64,000 bases of DNA from an uncultured delta proteobacterium (GTDB lineage: Bacteria > Desulfobacterota > Desulfobacteria > Desulfobacterales > B30-G6), in NCBI GenBank assembly GCA_963823335.1, contig CAWGLD010000008.1, positions 64,001 through 128,000 on the forward strand. Direction: 5' to 3'. Positions 47,787 to 58,455 of the stretch are shown in pieces (within the stretch, counting starts at the first letter, position 1; the number at the start of each line of letters is the position of its first letter). The notes under the pieces are model-generated. The model had not been told where the DNA came from. It made no database searches and saw only the letters and a list, made by a program, of their open reading frames with translations. The translations under genes and the position numbers were made by a program.

Positions 47787-49274
47787 ATGCCTGTATCCAT
47801 TGCAGACAGCTCCCTATATAAAATAGTCAACCCGGGCAGCATCGCCTTCTTTGGTGCATCCAACAACTTCGGCTCCATGGGTACAAACCAGCTGGCCTCT
47901 TTACTGAGTCTTGGGTTCGAAGGCAACATCTACCCGGTACATCCCAAGGAGACCACCGTGCTGGGATTAAAGGCATACCAGAACGTGGCGGACATCCCTG
48001 AAACCCCCGATCTATCTGTGATGATCCTGCCGACACGAATCGTGCTGGACACCGTGACACAGTGCGGAGAAAAAGGTATAAAAAATGCCATTATCGTCTC
48101 GGGAGGCTTCCGGGAAGTCGGTGAAAAAGGACACGATCTGGAACAGGCCTTGATCCAGATCACCCATCGATATGGTATGCGTTTTCTGGGCCCGAACTGT
48201 CTGGGGGTGGCAAACCCTCACCATAAATTCAATACCACCTTCCTGCCTTTCCAGGGGCAAGCCGGATACCTGGGAATGGTGTCGCAGAGTGGCAGCTTCA
48301 TCACCCAAATGTTCGATTATCTTTCAAGAGTCGGGATGGGGTTCAGCACAGCCATCAGTGTCGGCAACGAGGCGGACATCGATCTGGTGGATGGTCTCAA
48401 ATACCTTGCAGCATGTCCTCATACCAAGGTCATCAGTCTCTACATCGAAACGATTCGAAATCCCAGGAACTTTATTGAAGTCGCCGGCGCTGTTGCACCG
48501 ATCAAACCAATCATCGCCTATTATGTGGGGGGCTCGGAATCCGGAAAGCAGGCCTGCCTGTCACACACGGGTGCCTTGTCAGGCCCGGATCGTCTCTACG
48601 ACGGCGTCTTTCGTCAGACCGGCGTCATTCGGGCCCGATCCATTGAAGAAATGTTCGACATGGCTTCCGTTTTCGGCAGTGTGCCGGCACCCCAAGGGGA
48701 CCGTGTTGTTATCCAGACCCATTCGGGTGGTCCCGGCGCCGTAGCCGCAGATGCCTGCGACAGGGAAGGGTTGAAAATCCCGGTCATGCCGGATGCCGTT
48801 AAGAAAAGACTTTCCACGCTGGTCCCCCACACTGGAAGTATCGGCAACCCTGTAGACATTACCTTTTCCAAAGATCGCCTGGCCTATTTTTCAAGCATTC
48901 CCGGCTGTCTCCTTGATGCCGACCACTTTGACATCCTGCTCATCTATCTGCTCCTTCCAAAACATATGTTCAGCCGAGTTATGGAAAGCATGGGGGTGCC
49001 GGAGAATCAGATCGCAACCGAGACTGAAAAAATGATAACTGAACTCGCCGACAAAATAGAAGAACTCGTCCATACGTATGAAAAACCCGTGATTGGCTTT
49101 TCCTTTCATTCTCATGAGGCATTTTTCATCAAGGAGTTACGGGCCAGAAATATCCCTGTCATGCAGAGTCCCCACAGGGCAGCCCGAGCCGTTGCCGCCC
49201 TGTGCCGGTACACAAAATGGCGGAAAGCCAGAAATGCATCTACAAAACATCCAGTCCATCCATCGTCAATATGA
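47787..49274 (+). CDS. CoA-binding protein, ADP-forming acyl-CoA synthetase alpha-type
   Basis: IYPVHP, GPNCLG, SQSG, SVGNEAD, SHTGAL, NPVD. Confidence 0.9.
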   Translation: MPVSIADSSLYKIVNPGSIAFFGASNNFGSMGTNQLASLLSLGFEGNIYPVHPKETTVLGLKAYQNVADIPETPDLSVMILPTRIVLDTVTQCGEKGIKNAIIVSGGFREVGEKGHDLEQALIQITHRYGMRFLGPNCLGVANPHHKFNTTFLPFQGQAGYLGMVSQSGSFITQMFDYLSRVGMGFSTAISVGNEADIDLVDGLKYLAACPHTKVISLYIETIRNPRNFIEVAGAVAPIKPIIAYYVGGSESGKQACLSHTGALSGPDRLYDGVFRQTGVIRARSIEEMFDMASVFGSVPAPQGDRVVIQTHSGGPGAVAADACDREGLKIPVMPDAVKKRLSTLVPHTGSIGNPVDITFSKDRLAYFSSIPGCLLDADHFDILLIYLLLPKHMFSRVMESMGVPENQIATETEKMITELADKIEELVHTYEKPVIGFSFHSHEAFFIKELRARNIPVMQSPHRAARAVAALCRYTKWRKARNASTKHPVHPSSI

Positions 49275-49684
49275 TCATGTATATGTGTCCCCCCATCTCG
49301 ATGATGTCGCAGCATCCTGTAGTGGACGGATTTTAAAACAGGTCGACAACGGTGAATCCGTTCTTATCGTAACGGTCTTCACCGAAACACCTGTCCACGG
49401 CCCGACACTCTCTTCCAATGATTTGAAACCGATCTTGAACTATAAACGCCGCCGTGGAGAAGACACCAGGGCCATGCAGCGAATGGGTGTGGATTACCTG
49501 TGGCTGGAGCATCCGGAATTTCTGTTTAGAAATAAAAGACCATGGGTACGCTTCCCAACTGGTCAGCCCGATGATCGACGAAAAGCACATCAGGACCGGC
49601 CTATCCACATACGCGAGCACTCTGGGCATGCCCAAAGGGGCCTTTGGGGAGCGCTTCTGGACGACACACAACCCGAACCGTTGA
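49234..49684 (+). pseudogene. PIG-L family deacetylase with internal deletion/frameshift
   Basis: N-part SPHLDD..SC..RRGED in one frame; family-like C-terminal YASQL...ERFW starts at 49547 in another frame. Confidence 0.7.
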
Positions 49685-49865
49685 AGAACCCGGCAGTCAC
49701 CCGGCAAGCTGGATTTCCCCTTTGCTCAGACAAGTCACGGGGGATGCGCTCGCTGTTGTGTTTGATGAAATATCCGCTATAGGGATAGAGGGTTTCTGTT
49801 TGAATTGGGTGGTGGTGTGTGTTATTTGAACCAACTGAATAAAGGAAAAAGAAAAAAGATCCTTA

Positions 49866-49923
49866 ATCACGAAAGTACGAAATCACGATAAGGGCCATGA
49901 ATAATTTCGTGTTTTCGTGATTT
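49866..49923. repeat. Inverted octamer repeat hairpin (CACGAAA/TTTCGTG)
   Basis: AATCACGAAAGTACGAAATCACGAT...ATTTCGTGTTTTCGTGATT. Confidence 0.65.
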
Positions 49924-49971
49924 CTTTTTATTTTTGAGAAACGTTTTTATAATATCATTGAGGAGTATTTC

Positions 49972-51300
49972 ATGAACAAACCAACCGTCGCAGTCGTTCG
50001 CTATGAAAAATCTTTTGAATCCGTCAAAAAAGCGGTGGAGCTTTCCAATGGTCTGAGCCGGCTACCGTCCCAGGCAAGGGTTTTTATCAAACCCAACATC
50101 GTATTCTGGACTCGATCCGTGGCCTTTCCAAAATGGGGCGTTATCACGACATCGCGGGTCATTGAAGATATGGTGGTGGTGCTGAAAGAACATGGTGTAG
50201 AGCACATCACCATCGGTGAGGGTGTGGTCATGAGAAATCAGAAGGACACTGAAACACCAGCGCATGCCTTCGAAACCCTGGGCTACAACGCTCTCAAAAA
50301 GCGCTATAATGTATCCAGCGTCAATGTTTTTGAGCGTCCTTTCCGGAAAGTCGACCTGGGAGAGGGCATCGCCCTGAACTTCAATCAAGATATCCTGGAC
50401 AGCGACTTTGTTGTGGATATTCCGGCCATGAAAACCCACAATCAGACGGTGGTGAGCCTGGGCATCAAAAATCTGAAAGGCATCATCGATATGAAGTCCC
50501 GAAAAACATGCCACAATGCAGACCCGGTCAAGGATCTTCATTTTCATGTGGCGCGACTGGCTGACAAACTGCCGCCCATATTCACGCTGATAGACGGAAT
50601 TTATACCCTCGAACGGGGTCCTGGCTTTGACGGCCGCATGCAGCGCTCCAATCTGCTGGTGGCCTCCGCGGACATCCTTGCAGGAGACATGGTTGGCGCC
50701 AAGCTGCTGGGATACGATGTTACAGACGTCCCTCATCTGGTTCATGCGGCCAAGAACCATGGTCGTTCAACCGATCTCTCAGACATCGAGATCGTGGGAG
50801 AAGCTATCGAAACAAGCGCGTCATTTCACCAACACGACTTTCAATACACGGTCAATGAGAAATGCTGCCTTCCGGTACCGCTTGCCAAACAGGGACTCGA
50901 GGGCATCCACTATCGAAAATTCGATTCCACTCTTTGCACCTATTGTTCAGGGATAACCGGTCTTGTGCTGACAGCCATCCGGTATGCCTGGAAAGGAGAG
51001 CCGTGGGAGGATATCGAAGTGCTCAACGGCAAAATCATGCAACCCACCAAAGGCATGAAAAAAACAATCCTCCTGGGAAAATGCATGTATCAGCTGCATA
51101 AAAACAATCCCGACATCCAGGAAATGATTGCCATCAAGGGCTGCCCGCCAAAGCCGGATGATATTGTCAAAGCACTTCACCAGGCCGGCATCGAAGCCGA
51201 TCCAGGTCTTTTTGAAAATATCGATCAACTACCCGGTTTCTTCATGAGCCGCTATGAAAACAAGCCTGAGTTCGACGAAGACTTTTTCAGAGTCAAATAA
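49972..51300 (+). CDS. DUF362 domain Fe-S protein
   Basis: VFIKPN, KTH...SLGIKNLKG, C-terminal CTYC, GKC, KGCPP. Confidence 0.85.
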   Translation: MNKPTVAVVRYEKSFESVKKAVELSNGLSRLPSQARVFIKPNIVFWTRSVAFPKWGVITTSRVIEDMVVVLKEHGVEHITIGEGVVMRNQKDTETPAHAFETLGYNALKKRYNVSSVNVFERPFRKVDLGEGIALNFNQDILDSDFVVDIPAMKTHNQTVVSLGIKNLKGIIDMKSRKTCHNADPVKDLHFHVARLADKLPPIFTLIDGIYTLERGPGFDGRMQRSNLLVASADILAGDMVGAKLLGYDVTDVPHLVHAAKNHGRSTDLSDIEIVGEAIETSASFHQHDFQYTVNEKCCLPVPLAKQGLEGIHYRKFDSTLCTYCSGITGLVLTAIRYAWKGEPWEDIEVLNGKIMQPTKGMKKTILLGKCMYQLHKNNPDIQEMIAIKGCPPKPDDIVKALHQAGIEADPGLFENIDQLPGFFMSRYENKPEFDEDFFRVK

Positions 51301-51344
51301 AATCGTTTCACGATTTTATTTCTATATAGGTTGCCCTTTTTGTT

Positions 51345-51848
51345 TTATGGGTCCAAGAATCTCGGTAACATCGGATACTCCGGGGCTTCCTGCAAAATGA
51401 TATTGACTGTCCGGTCATCGATCATTTCAACCACCCCCCAGTCATGAGTATCTTTCAACGCGTACCAGATTCCAATCTTGCGACTATTTTTATCAAGGAT
51501 ATCGGAACCGTTACCCCCCGTTAAATATGGTCTCAGATCGCCCTGAAAGTTCAGCCATCGATTGATCCTCTGCGGGGTTACAGTTACTGGATGCCAGTAA
51601 TCCGACTGCAGGGTGTAATCCTTATGAAGGGCGATAACGACCCGCGGCCAGGTTGGTGACTCGGTGTAGAAATATTGATGGTCCGGAAGCACTTCGTTTC
51701 TTTCGAATAACGCCTTGACATCCGAATTGACCGCCAGCCGGCCATACGTGCCGCTGCAACCGGACAGCCCTGTCAGGCAAATCGCCACCAAGACCACCGC
51801 TGCCATCCGGGCGGAAAACAGGGTATGATATTTTGATTGCCTGTGCAT
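51345..51848 (-). CDS. Hypothetical lipoprotein
   Basis: Lipobox LSGC after a hydrophobic stretch. Confidence 0.75.
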   Translation of the reverse strand: MHRQSKYHTLFSARMAAVVLVAICLTGLSGCSGTYGRLAVNSDVKALFERNEVLPDHQYFYTESPTWPRVVIALHKDYTLQSDYWHPVTVTPQRINRWLNFQGDLRPYLTGGNGSDILDKNSRKIGIWYALKDTHDWGVVEMIDDRTVNIILQEAPEYPMLPRFLDP

Positions 51849-51939
51849 TGCAGCACCTCTTCACACGCAAAAGACTCAACATAACTGGATATATCCCTTA
51901 TAGAATATGCCACAATGTGTTTTTGTCAATCGAACCCTT

Positions 51940-52122
51940 ATTAGCCTTTCAGCGGTTTAGACTGTAGGCTGTTAGGTGCCTTTCGCTCACTGCTGTCAGT
52001 CACCCTCCAACCCTTGTATCACCCTCCAACCCTTGTATCCCCCTTGTATCACCCTCCAACCCTTGTATCCCCCTTGTATCACCCTCCAACCCTTGTATCA
52101 CCCTTGATCCCTTGAACCCTTC
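51940..52122 (-). repeat. Expanded GGG-rich tandem repeat (perfect 30-bp unit x2 plus partial units) and linker module
   Basis: ACCCTCCAACCCTTGTATCCCCCTTGTATC x2 at 52021-52080; linker shared with 30318-30362. Confidence 0.88.
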
Positions 52123-52124
52123 TT

Positions 52125-52889
52125 TTAGATAGCACTCGCTCCCCCGTCTATACCAATCGTCTGACCCGTGATAAAACCGGCACCGTCGGAGCACAAGAAA
52201 AGAACCGGGTGGGCCACGTCCTCGGGCTCTGCAATTCTACCCATTGGTATTGTCTTGATGATGAGTTGATAGAAATCCTCATTTGACCAGAAAGGCTCAC
52301 TGAATGCGGTCCGTACCATTCCGGGTGCAACGGCATTTACCTGAATATTGAACAATGCCAGCTCCTGAGCAAGAACCTTTGTCATCATTTCGATACCGGC
52401 CTTTGCAATACCGTATATGCCCATGGCCGGAGCAGAACGACTTGCTGCCAGTGAAGAGATATTGACAATTTTGCCATGTTTCTGTTCCCGCATCAGCTGA
52501 CCTGCTTTTCGGGAACATAAAAATGCACCATTCAGGTTGGTGTCGATGATTTTCTGCCACAAGGACGGATCTGCATCCACAACGCTTGTCACGATGTTCA
52601 TCCCAACATTGTTGATGAGCCCATCCAATCTGCCGAATGTTTGCATTGTGCGGTCCATGAGGTTGTCGACATCTTCCGCCCTGGCAACATGAGCCGGTAT
52701 CGCCATCAGGCGTTCTCCAGCATTGAGAAAGTCCGCAGCGGCCGAAAGGCTTTCCGCTTTTCTGCCGCAGATAGCGACCTTCGCGCCCTGCTCGAGCAAT
52801 AGCCTTGCCAAGGTCAAACCGATACCCCGACTGCCGCCGGTAACAACGAATACTTTGTCCCCAAGTCCATAAGAAAGAACCTCGCCCAT
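52125..52889 (-). CDS. Short-chain dehydrogenase/reductase
   Basis: TGGSRGIG, NNVG, YGIAK, NAVAPG. Confidence 0.93.
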   Translation of the reverse strand: MGEVLSYGLGDKVFVVTGGSRGIGLTLARLLLEQGAKVAICGRKAESLSAAADFLNAGERLMAIPAHVARAEDVDNLMDRTMQTFGRLDGLINNVGMNIVTSVVDADPSLWQKIIDTNLNGAFLCSRKAGQLMREQKHGKIVNISSLAASRSAPAMGIYGIAKAGIEMMTKVLAQELALFNIQVNAVAPGMVRTAFSEPFWSNEDFYQLIIKTIPMGRIAEPEDVAHPVLFLCSDGAGFITGQTIGIDGGASAI

Positions 52890-53181
52890 CCTGACCTCCC
52901 TATCAAATTGTTGAACGATTTTATCCTACGCGGGCGGCTGCGCCGCTGTATTAAGCCCATAGCTATAAGCCATTTGCACTGCGGTTGTAGGCCGGTGACC
53001 GTAGGCTGTACGCTACTAAATGCCTGACACTATAGCCTATAGAGTATGGTTTATACCCTTGACCACCAACCCCCCCTAGGATAAGCTTCCACTCAATTGG
53101 AAATATTCGGAAGTTATATCGGCAATCTGGTGCTTAGTCAAATCTAACCCGAATATTTCAGAATATTTCAAAGGATCTGAC

Positions 53182-53820
53182 ATGCGGGTTTACGCGGTGG
53201 CAGATATTCACGGAAAAAATGAACGGTTTGAACGGATCCGGAAAAATCTGTCGGATCTAAAGGCCGACATTCTCATTCTGGCCGGTGACATATCGAATTT
53301 CACTAAACCGGGAATGATATTGAGCAGACTCAATGCATTAGCGGTGCCGGTTCTGGCTATTCGCGGCAATAGCGATTTAAAAAGAGTCGACCGCCTGTTT
53401 TCAGCCTTCCCCAATTGTATCCCGATACACGCAGTTTGTACGATGATCAGATCGATTCCCTTCGTCGGTATCGGCGGCACCCTTCCAATTCCGTTTCGAT
53501 CCCGCATCTGTTTCAATGAACAATCAGGCTTGAGAAAGATCGCGCCTATGATAAGCACTCAAACGGTTCTGGTGACACATACACCACCATACGGTTACCA
53601 GGATCTTGTCATGGGGCGTTTCCACGCCGGCAGTAGTGGTCTTCTTAGACTGATCAAGAGATGCCAGCCGCAAGTCTTGATCTGTGGGCATGTGCACGAG
53701 GATGGGGGCCTGTCTGCAGTTGGAAAAACACGCGTGCTAAATTGCGCCCTCAACAGAACAAACTCGGGAACTCTCCTGGTGTTCAAAAAGGGAAATCTTG
53801 TAGACCTCGAAATGATTTGA
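53182..53820 (+). CDS. Metallophosphoesterase
   Basis: DIHG, AGD, GNSD, HTPP, CGHVHE. Confidence 0.88.
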   Translation: MRVYAVADIHGKNERFERIRKNLSDLKADILILAGDISNFTKPGMILSRLNALAVPVLAIRGNSDLKRVDRLFSAFPNCIPIHAVCTMIRSIPFVGIGGTLPIPFRSRICFNEQSGLRKIAPMISTQTVLVTHTPPYGYQDLVMGRFHAGSSGLLRLIKRCQPQVLICGHVHEDGGLSAVGKTRVLNCALNRTNSGTLLVFKKGNLVDLEMI

Positions 53821-53957
53821 ATGGAATTGTTGGCCCGAACATGATAACCAGAATAAATTTGCTCTGCGAATTATAGAATGCGACGTTGTCGCTCTATTAT
53901 GATTTTATTCACCCTCTCCCTTTAAACCGGGAAATCGGGACCATCTTTTGAGAGACG

Positions 53958-54587
53958 GTGTTACCAATGAAAAAACCCAATTACATGGTTATTGCCTCCC
54001 GTAACAAGGGTAAAACAGCTGAAATCAGAGAACTCCTCTCCGGGTTTCCTATTACGATAAAAAATCTGGACGATTTTGGCCCCATACCGGAAGTAGAAGA
54101 AGATGGACAGACCTTTGATGAAAATGCCTACAAAAAGGCCAGTTTTACCGCCAGAGTTCTTGGACATCCGGCTATAGCCGATGACTCCGGCCTGGTCGTA
54201 GACGCCCTGAACGGAGCGCCCGGTGTGTTCTCCGCACGCTATGCTGGCCCTGACGCCACCAACGAAGAACGTTTTGGAAAATTGCTTCAAGAAATGGAAG
54301 GTGTCACCAATCGGAAAGCTGCCTTTGAATGTGTCATATCCATAGCGGTGCCCACCGGTCCGGCGCTCACATATGAAGGCCGGTGTGAGGGAATCATTGC
54401 GGAATCCCCCGCAGGCACCCGTGGATTCGGTTATGATCCCATTTTCTTTTACCCCCCCTTGAAAAAAACCTTTGCAGAGCTCACCCGTGAAGAAAAAGGT
54501 CGTGTCAGCCACAGGGGAAAAGCCCTTGCCGAGTTCAGAAACGAATTTGACAATATCATAAAGTGGATAGAGATTCATATGCCATAG
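53958..54587 (+). CDS. rdgB: XTP/dITP diphosphatase
   Basis: SRNKGK, ENAYKKA, ADDSGL, GFGYDPIF, SHRGKA. Confidence 0.95.
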   Translation: MLPMKKPNYMVIASRNKGKTAEIRELLSGFPITIKNLDDFGPIPEVEEDGQTFDENAYKKASFTARVLGHPAIADDSGLVVDALNGAPGVFSARYAGPDATNEERFGKLLQEMEGVTNRKAAFECVISIAVPTGPALTYEGRCEGIIAESPAGTRGFGYDPIFFYPPLKKTFAELTREEKGRVSHRGKALAEFRNEFDNIIKWIEIHMP

Positions 54588-54597
54588 GAGAGCAACC

Positions 54598-56562
54598 ATG
54601 CTTCAAAATAACAAAGGTATCGACATTATCGTTGAGTTAGGTGGACTCAAAGGATATCAGGCAGCCGCCAGATATCTTGAATCGACCTTGACCGCTGAAC
54701 ATCTGGCCCGCATCCAAAAAATTAATAACACGCAAGTCATCATCAAAATTGCCAACGCCATAGCCATGTGCGGACCCGGCGACATTTTCGTCAACACGGG
54801 CTCCAAGGAGGACCGACAGTTCCTCCGTGAACTGGCCCTGGAAAAAGGGGAAGAAGCCCCCCTGGCAATGCCACGACACACCATCCATTTTGATCTGCCG
54901 GAAGAGCAGGGAAGAATCATCGACCGTACCTTTTATATCGCCAACGAGGATGAAGAAATCAGTTCGCTGGCCAATCGCATGGATCGTGTGGACGCCATTG
55001 CCGAGGTGCGCGACAAAATGTTTCAGATCATGAAAGGCAAAACCATGATCATCGGTTTCTATGTTCGCGGCCCCATTGGCTCACCTGTCTCCAACCCTGC
55101 CCTTGAGATCACCAGCTCTGCATATGTCTCTCACAGTGCGGAAATCCTTTACCGAAATGCCTACCTCTCTTTCGACCAGGAGGTAGAGAGCTCAGGTCAT
55201 TTCTTCGTCAATGTTCACAGCGAAGGTCACAATCGTCCTGAAGACCTGCCCAATGCACGGGTATTCATGGACAGGAGTTTCCGGACAACTTTCAGTTTTA
55301 ACTGCACCTATGCAGGCAACACGCTGCTGCTCAAAAAGGGAAATCACCGCTTCGCCGTCGACAAGGCCGTATATGAAAACATGGGCAACGAATTGTCCGA
55401 GCACATGTTCATAACAGGCATCCAAGGTCCTGGAGGGCGGGTGACATGGTGTACCGGTGCCGCTCCGAGCGGATGTGGCAAAACTACCACCGCCATGGCC
55501 GGACATCTTTTCGTGGGGGATGACCTGGCCCAGTTATGGATTGCCGAAGATGGCAGCATTCGATCGGTCAATCCTGAATGCGGTATTTTCGGTATTGTGG
55601 AAGATGTCAACTGGGACGGTGATCCCCAGTTGATGCAGATCTTGCGACGTGAAGGAGCGGAGGTGATCTGGTCAAATGTGCTCATCGATGACGGCCGTGT
55701 TCCCCATTGGGTCGGCAACGGTGAAAAACCGCCCGATAAAGGTATCAATTTTCAGGGGGACTGGTCCAAAGGAATGATCGGAAAAAACAATAAACCCATC
55801 CCCATGTCCCACCCCAATTCCCGCTGCACGGTATCGTCCACTGCTCTGGCAAACTATTCCGACTTTGCCGAGGATCCGGCTGGTGTCGAAACCCGTATCT
55901 TCACCTATAGTGGCCGCGACAGCGACACCATGCCACCGGTGTGGGCGGCCAAGAGCGCCGATGAGGGCGTGGTTATCGGAGCAACCATCGTCTCTGCCGC
56001 AACCGCAACCGAGGTTGGCGCCACCGGTGTCAAACGGGCCCCCTGGGCAAATGCGCCCTTCATTCCAGGTGCGCTTGGCGATTATATGAATGCTCAGTTT
56101 AAGTTTTTCAACAACCCGAAAATAGCTGAAGACAAGCAGCCGGTGATGGCAGGCCTGAATTATTTTCTGACCCATGAAGCCAGGGGTGGCGGCTCCAAAA
56201 AACTATTGGGAGAAAAAAAAGATGTGAAGGTCTGGCTGGCGTGGCTCGAGCGAAAAGCCTACAAGGATGTTGCAAGTATACAGACACCCATCGGCGAACT
56301 GCCTCTATTCGACGACCTAAAATCTCTTTTCAGATCCATCATAGACAAGACTTATCCGCTAGATCTCTACAATCAACATTTTTCGCTGTACATTGACAAC
56401 ATCGTGTCACGAATCGATCTGCAACTGGAGGCATACAGCAAGGAGCTGAGGATTCCTGAGCGTCTCTTCACCATTCTCAGGAGACAGCGCAAAGCGCTGC
56501 TGCTGCTCAGGGAAACGTATGGACCTGTTGTTTCTCCTGACCAGCTTCTGGAGGCACATTGA
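54598..56562 (+). CDS. pckG: Phosphoenolpyruvate carboxykinase (GTP)
   Basis: YAGN, EHMFI, APSGCGKT, VGDD, NPECGIFG, HPNSR. Confidence 0.92.
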   Translation: MLQNNKGIDIIVELGGLKGYQAAARYLESTLTAEHLARIQKINNTQVIIKIANAIAMCGPGDIFVNTGSKEDRQFLRELALEKGEEAPLAMPRHTIHFDLPEEQGRIIDRTFYIANEDEEISSLANRMDRVDAIAEVRDKMFQIMKGKTMIIGFYVRGPIGSPVSNPALEITSSAYVSHSAEILYRNAYLSFDQEVESSGHFFVNVHSEGHNRPEDLPNARVFMDRSFRTTFSFNCTYAGNTLLLKKGNHRFAVDKAVYENMGNELSEHMFITGIQGPGGRVTWCTGAAPSGCGKTTTAMAGHLFVGDDLAQLWIAEDGSIRSVNPECGIFGIVEDVNWDGDPQLMQILRREGAEVIWSNVLIDDGRVPHWVGNGEKPPDKGINFQGDWSKGMIGKNNKPIPMSHPNSRCTVSSTALANYSDFAEDPAGVETRIFTYSGRDSDTMPPVWAAKSADEGVVIGATIVSAATATEVGATGVKRAPWANAPFIPGALGDYMNAQFKFFNNPKIAEDKQPVMAGLNYFLTHEARGGGSKKLLGEKKDVKVWLAWLERKAYKDVASIQTPIGELPLFDDLKSLFRSIIDKTYPLDLYNQHFSLYIDNIVSRIDLQLEAYSKELRIPERLFTILRRQRKALLLLRETYGPVVSPDQLLEAH

Positions 56563-58139
56563 TCCTGGAAGAAAAAAGCAGCTGGGCCATGGCCATGAAG
56601 GCCCTGGTCCACCCCCGCGCACTTACCATGCTTTTTCTCGGTTTCTCAGCCGGTTTACCGATACTGCTCATATTCAGCACACTGTCTGTCTGGCTGCGCG
56701 AAGCAGATGTGGAACGGTCCACCGTAACGTTTTTCAGCTGGGCGGCCCTCGGATATTCCTTCAAATTCGTCTGGGCACCCATTATCGATCGCCTGCCTTT
56801 TCCAGTCCTCTCCTCCAGAATGGGACGTCGACGAGGCTGGCTGCTGGTGTCCCAGATAAGTATTATCGCTTCCCTGCTCTTGATTTCTCTTTTTGACCCA
56901 AAATTCGCATTGACCATGACCGCCGTGGGTGCGGTTCTGATCGGTTTTTCGTCTGCAACCCAGGATATCGTTATCGATGCATATCGCATCGAATCCGCTC
57001 CGGCGGACCTGCAATCCATGCTCTCTTCCATGTATATCGCCGGTTACCGAATCGGCATGCTGGTCGCCGGAGCAGGATCGCTCTGGCTGGCTGACTGGTG
57101 GGGGCAGAACACATACGACGTGACTGTCTGGGCAAATGTCTATCGCACCATGGCCCTGATGATGCTGGTGGGTATTGTGACGACTTTCATCATCAAAGAA
57201 CCTGTCGTGAAAGAATCCAGGGGCAGCGCCTTTCGGGGCACAAGTGACTATTTGAGATTTTTACTTGTTTTTTTTATCACCATAGGCGCTTTCATCATCG
57301 GCTTTTTCTTAAGCGCCTCATCAGCAGGTGCCGTCAAACAAAGCCTGGTCGATCATTGGGGTTGGACAAAACAGCTGGCAGGGTTTGTAACGGAAACCGG
57401 ACGGCTAATTTTCAGTGTCCTTTTGGGTAGTCTTGCAACCTGGGGATCCATTCAGGCCCGCATCGTTCCGTTTGATCACATTAAAGAGACCTACATCGAT
57501 CCCCTGGCAGATTTTTTTCAGCGTTATGGAACCACGGCACTGTTGATTCTGCTTCTGGTGGGCACCTACCGGATATCGGACATCCTGATGGGTGTGATTG
57601 CCAATCTCTTCTATCTCGATGTTGGTTTTACCAAAGCCCAGATCGCCACCTACACCAAATTCTGGGGGCTGTGGGCGACCCTTGGGGGCGGCTTTGTGGG
57701 CGGAATTCTCTCGATCCGCTATGGTGTTCTCCGCATTCTGTTTGTGGGAGCGTTTCTGGCGGCCGCCACCAATCTGCTATTTGCCTATGTCGCCGGCAAG
57801 GGCCCTGACGAAATACTGCTGCTCATGGTCATCATCGCCGACAACGGCAGCGCCGGAATCGCTGCAGCTGCCTTTGTGGCCTATCTGTCCAGTCTTACCA
57901 GTGTGTCCTTTACGGCCATACAGTATGCTATTTTCAGTTCCACCATGACTCTTTTTCCTAAAATTCTTGCCGGCTACTCAGGCAGCATGGTCGATAGCGT
58001 TGGGTACCCGCTGTTCTTTGTCGGTACGGCAATCATAGGTATCCCCGTATTGTTTCTGATTCTCTGGATCTATCGATTGCAGACCAGGGCGCAAGAAAAC
58101 GAAGGTTCGAGGGGGATACAAGGGTCGGAGGGGAATTGA
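56559..58139 (+). CDS. ampG: AmpG family muropeptide MFS permease
   Basis: LGFSAGLP, FKFVWAPIID, GRRRGWLL, SATQDIVIDAYRIE. Confidence 0.9.
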   Translation: MILEEKSSWAMAMKALVHPRALTMLFLGFSAGLPILLIFSTLSVWLREADVERSTVTFFSWAALGYSFKFVWAPIIDRLPFPVLSSRMGRRRGWLLVSQISIIASLLLISLFDPKFALTMTAVGAVLIGFSSATQDIVIDAYRIESAPADLQSMLSSMYIAGYRIGMLVAGAGSLWLADWWGQNTYDVTVWANVYRTMALMMLVGIVTTFIIKEPVVKESRGSAFRGTSDYLRFLLVFFITIGAFIIGFFLSASSAGAVKQSLVDHWGWTKQLAGFVTETGRLIFSVLLGSLATWGSIQARIVPFDHIKETYIDPLADFFQRYGTTALLILLLVGTYRISDILMGVIANLFYLDVGFTKAQIATYTKFWGLWATLGGGFVGGILSIRYGVLRILFVGAFLAAATNLLFAYVAGKGPDEILLLMVIIADNGSAGIAAAAFVAYLSSLTSVSFTAIQYAIFSSTMTLFPKILAGYSGSMVDSVGYPLFFVGTAIIGIPVLFLILWIYRLQTRAQENEGSRGIQGSEGN

Positions 58140-58455
58140 GTTCTTTGAGTTTGTTGAGTTTCTTGGGTTTCTTGCGTTTAAGGAACAGAGGCGTGTTAAA
58201 AGTTGTATACTCTTTGCCGGGGACAACTCAATAAACACACAAACCGAAACACACTAAACAAGTATGCTTCGCTGTCATTTGCTATGCGTTATTAATAGTA
58301 ATTTACTTCGTGTAATTAATTGCAGCTATCTGCAACAATAAATACCGCCCGCAAGGGCAAATAACCATAAATTACAGCCGAAGGCGAAATATCGCGCGTA
58401 GCGCTAATGACGTCCGAAGGACTAATGTCACACGAAGTGCATATGACTTCCGAAG
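58103..58455 (+). repeat. Composite repeat (GGG module, TTGAGTT nonamers, AAACAC heptamers, leader, 5-unit mini-hairpin array)
   Basis: Most modules present in order; overlaps the ampG stop and the next start codon. Confidence 0.85.

Noticed and set aside
52000-52194. ORF with GIQGLEGDTR repeats
   Set aside because: It is the translation of the 30-bp GGG-module tandem repeat and overlaps the SDR gene out of frame.
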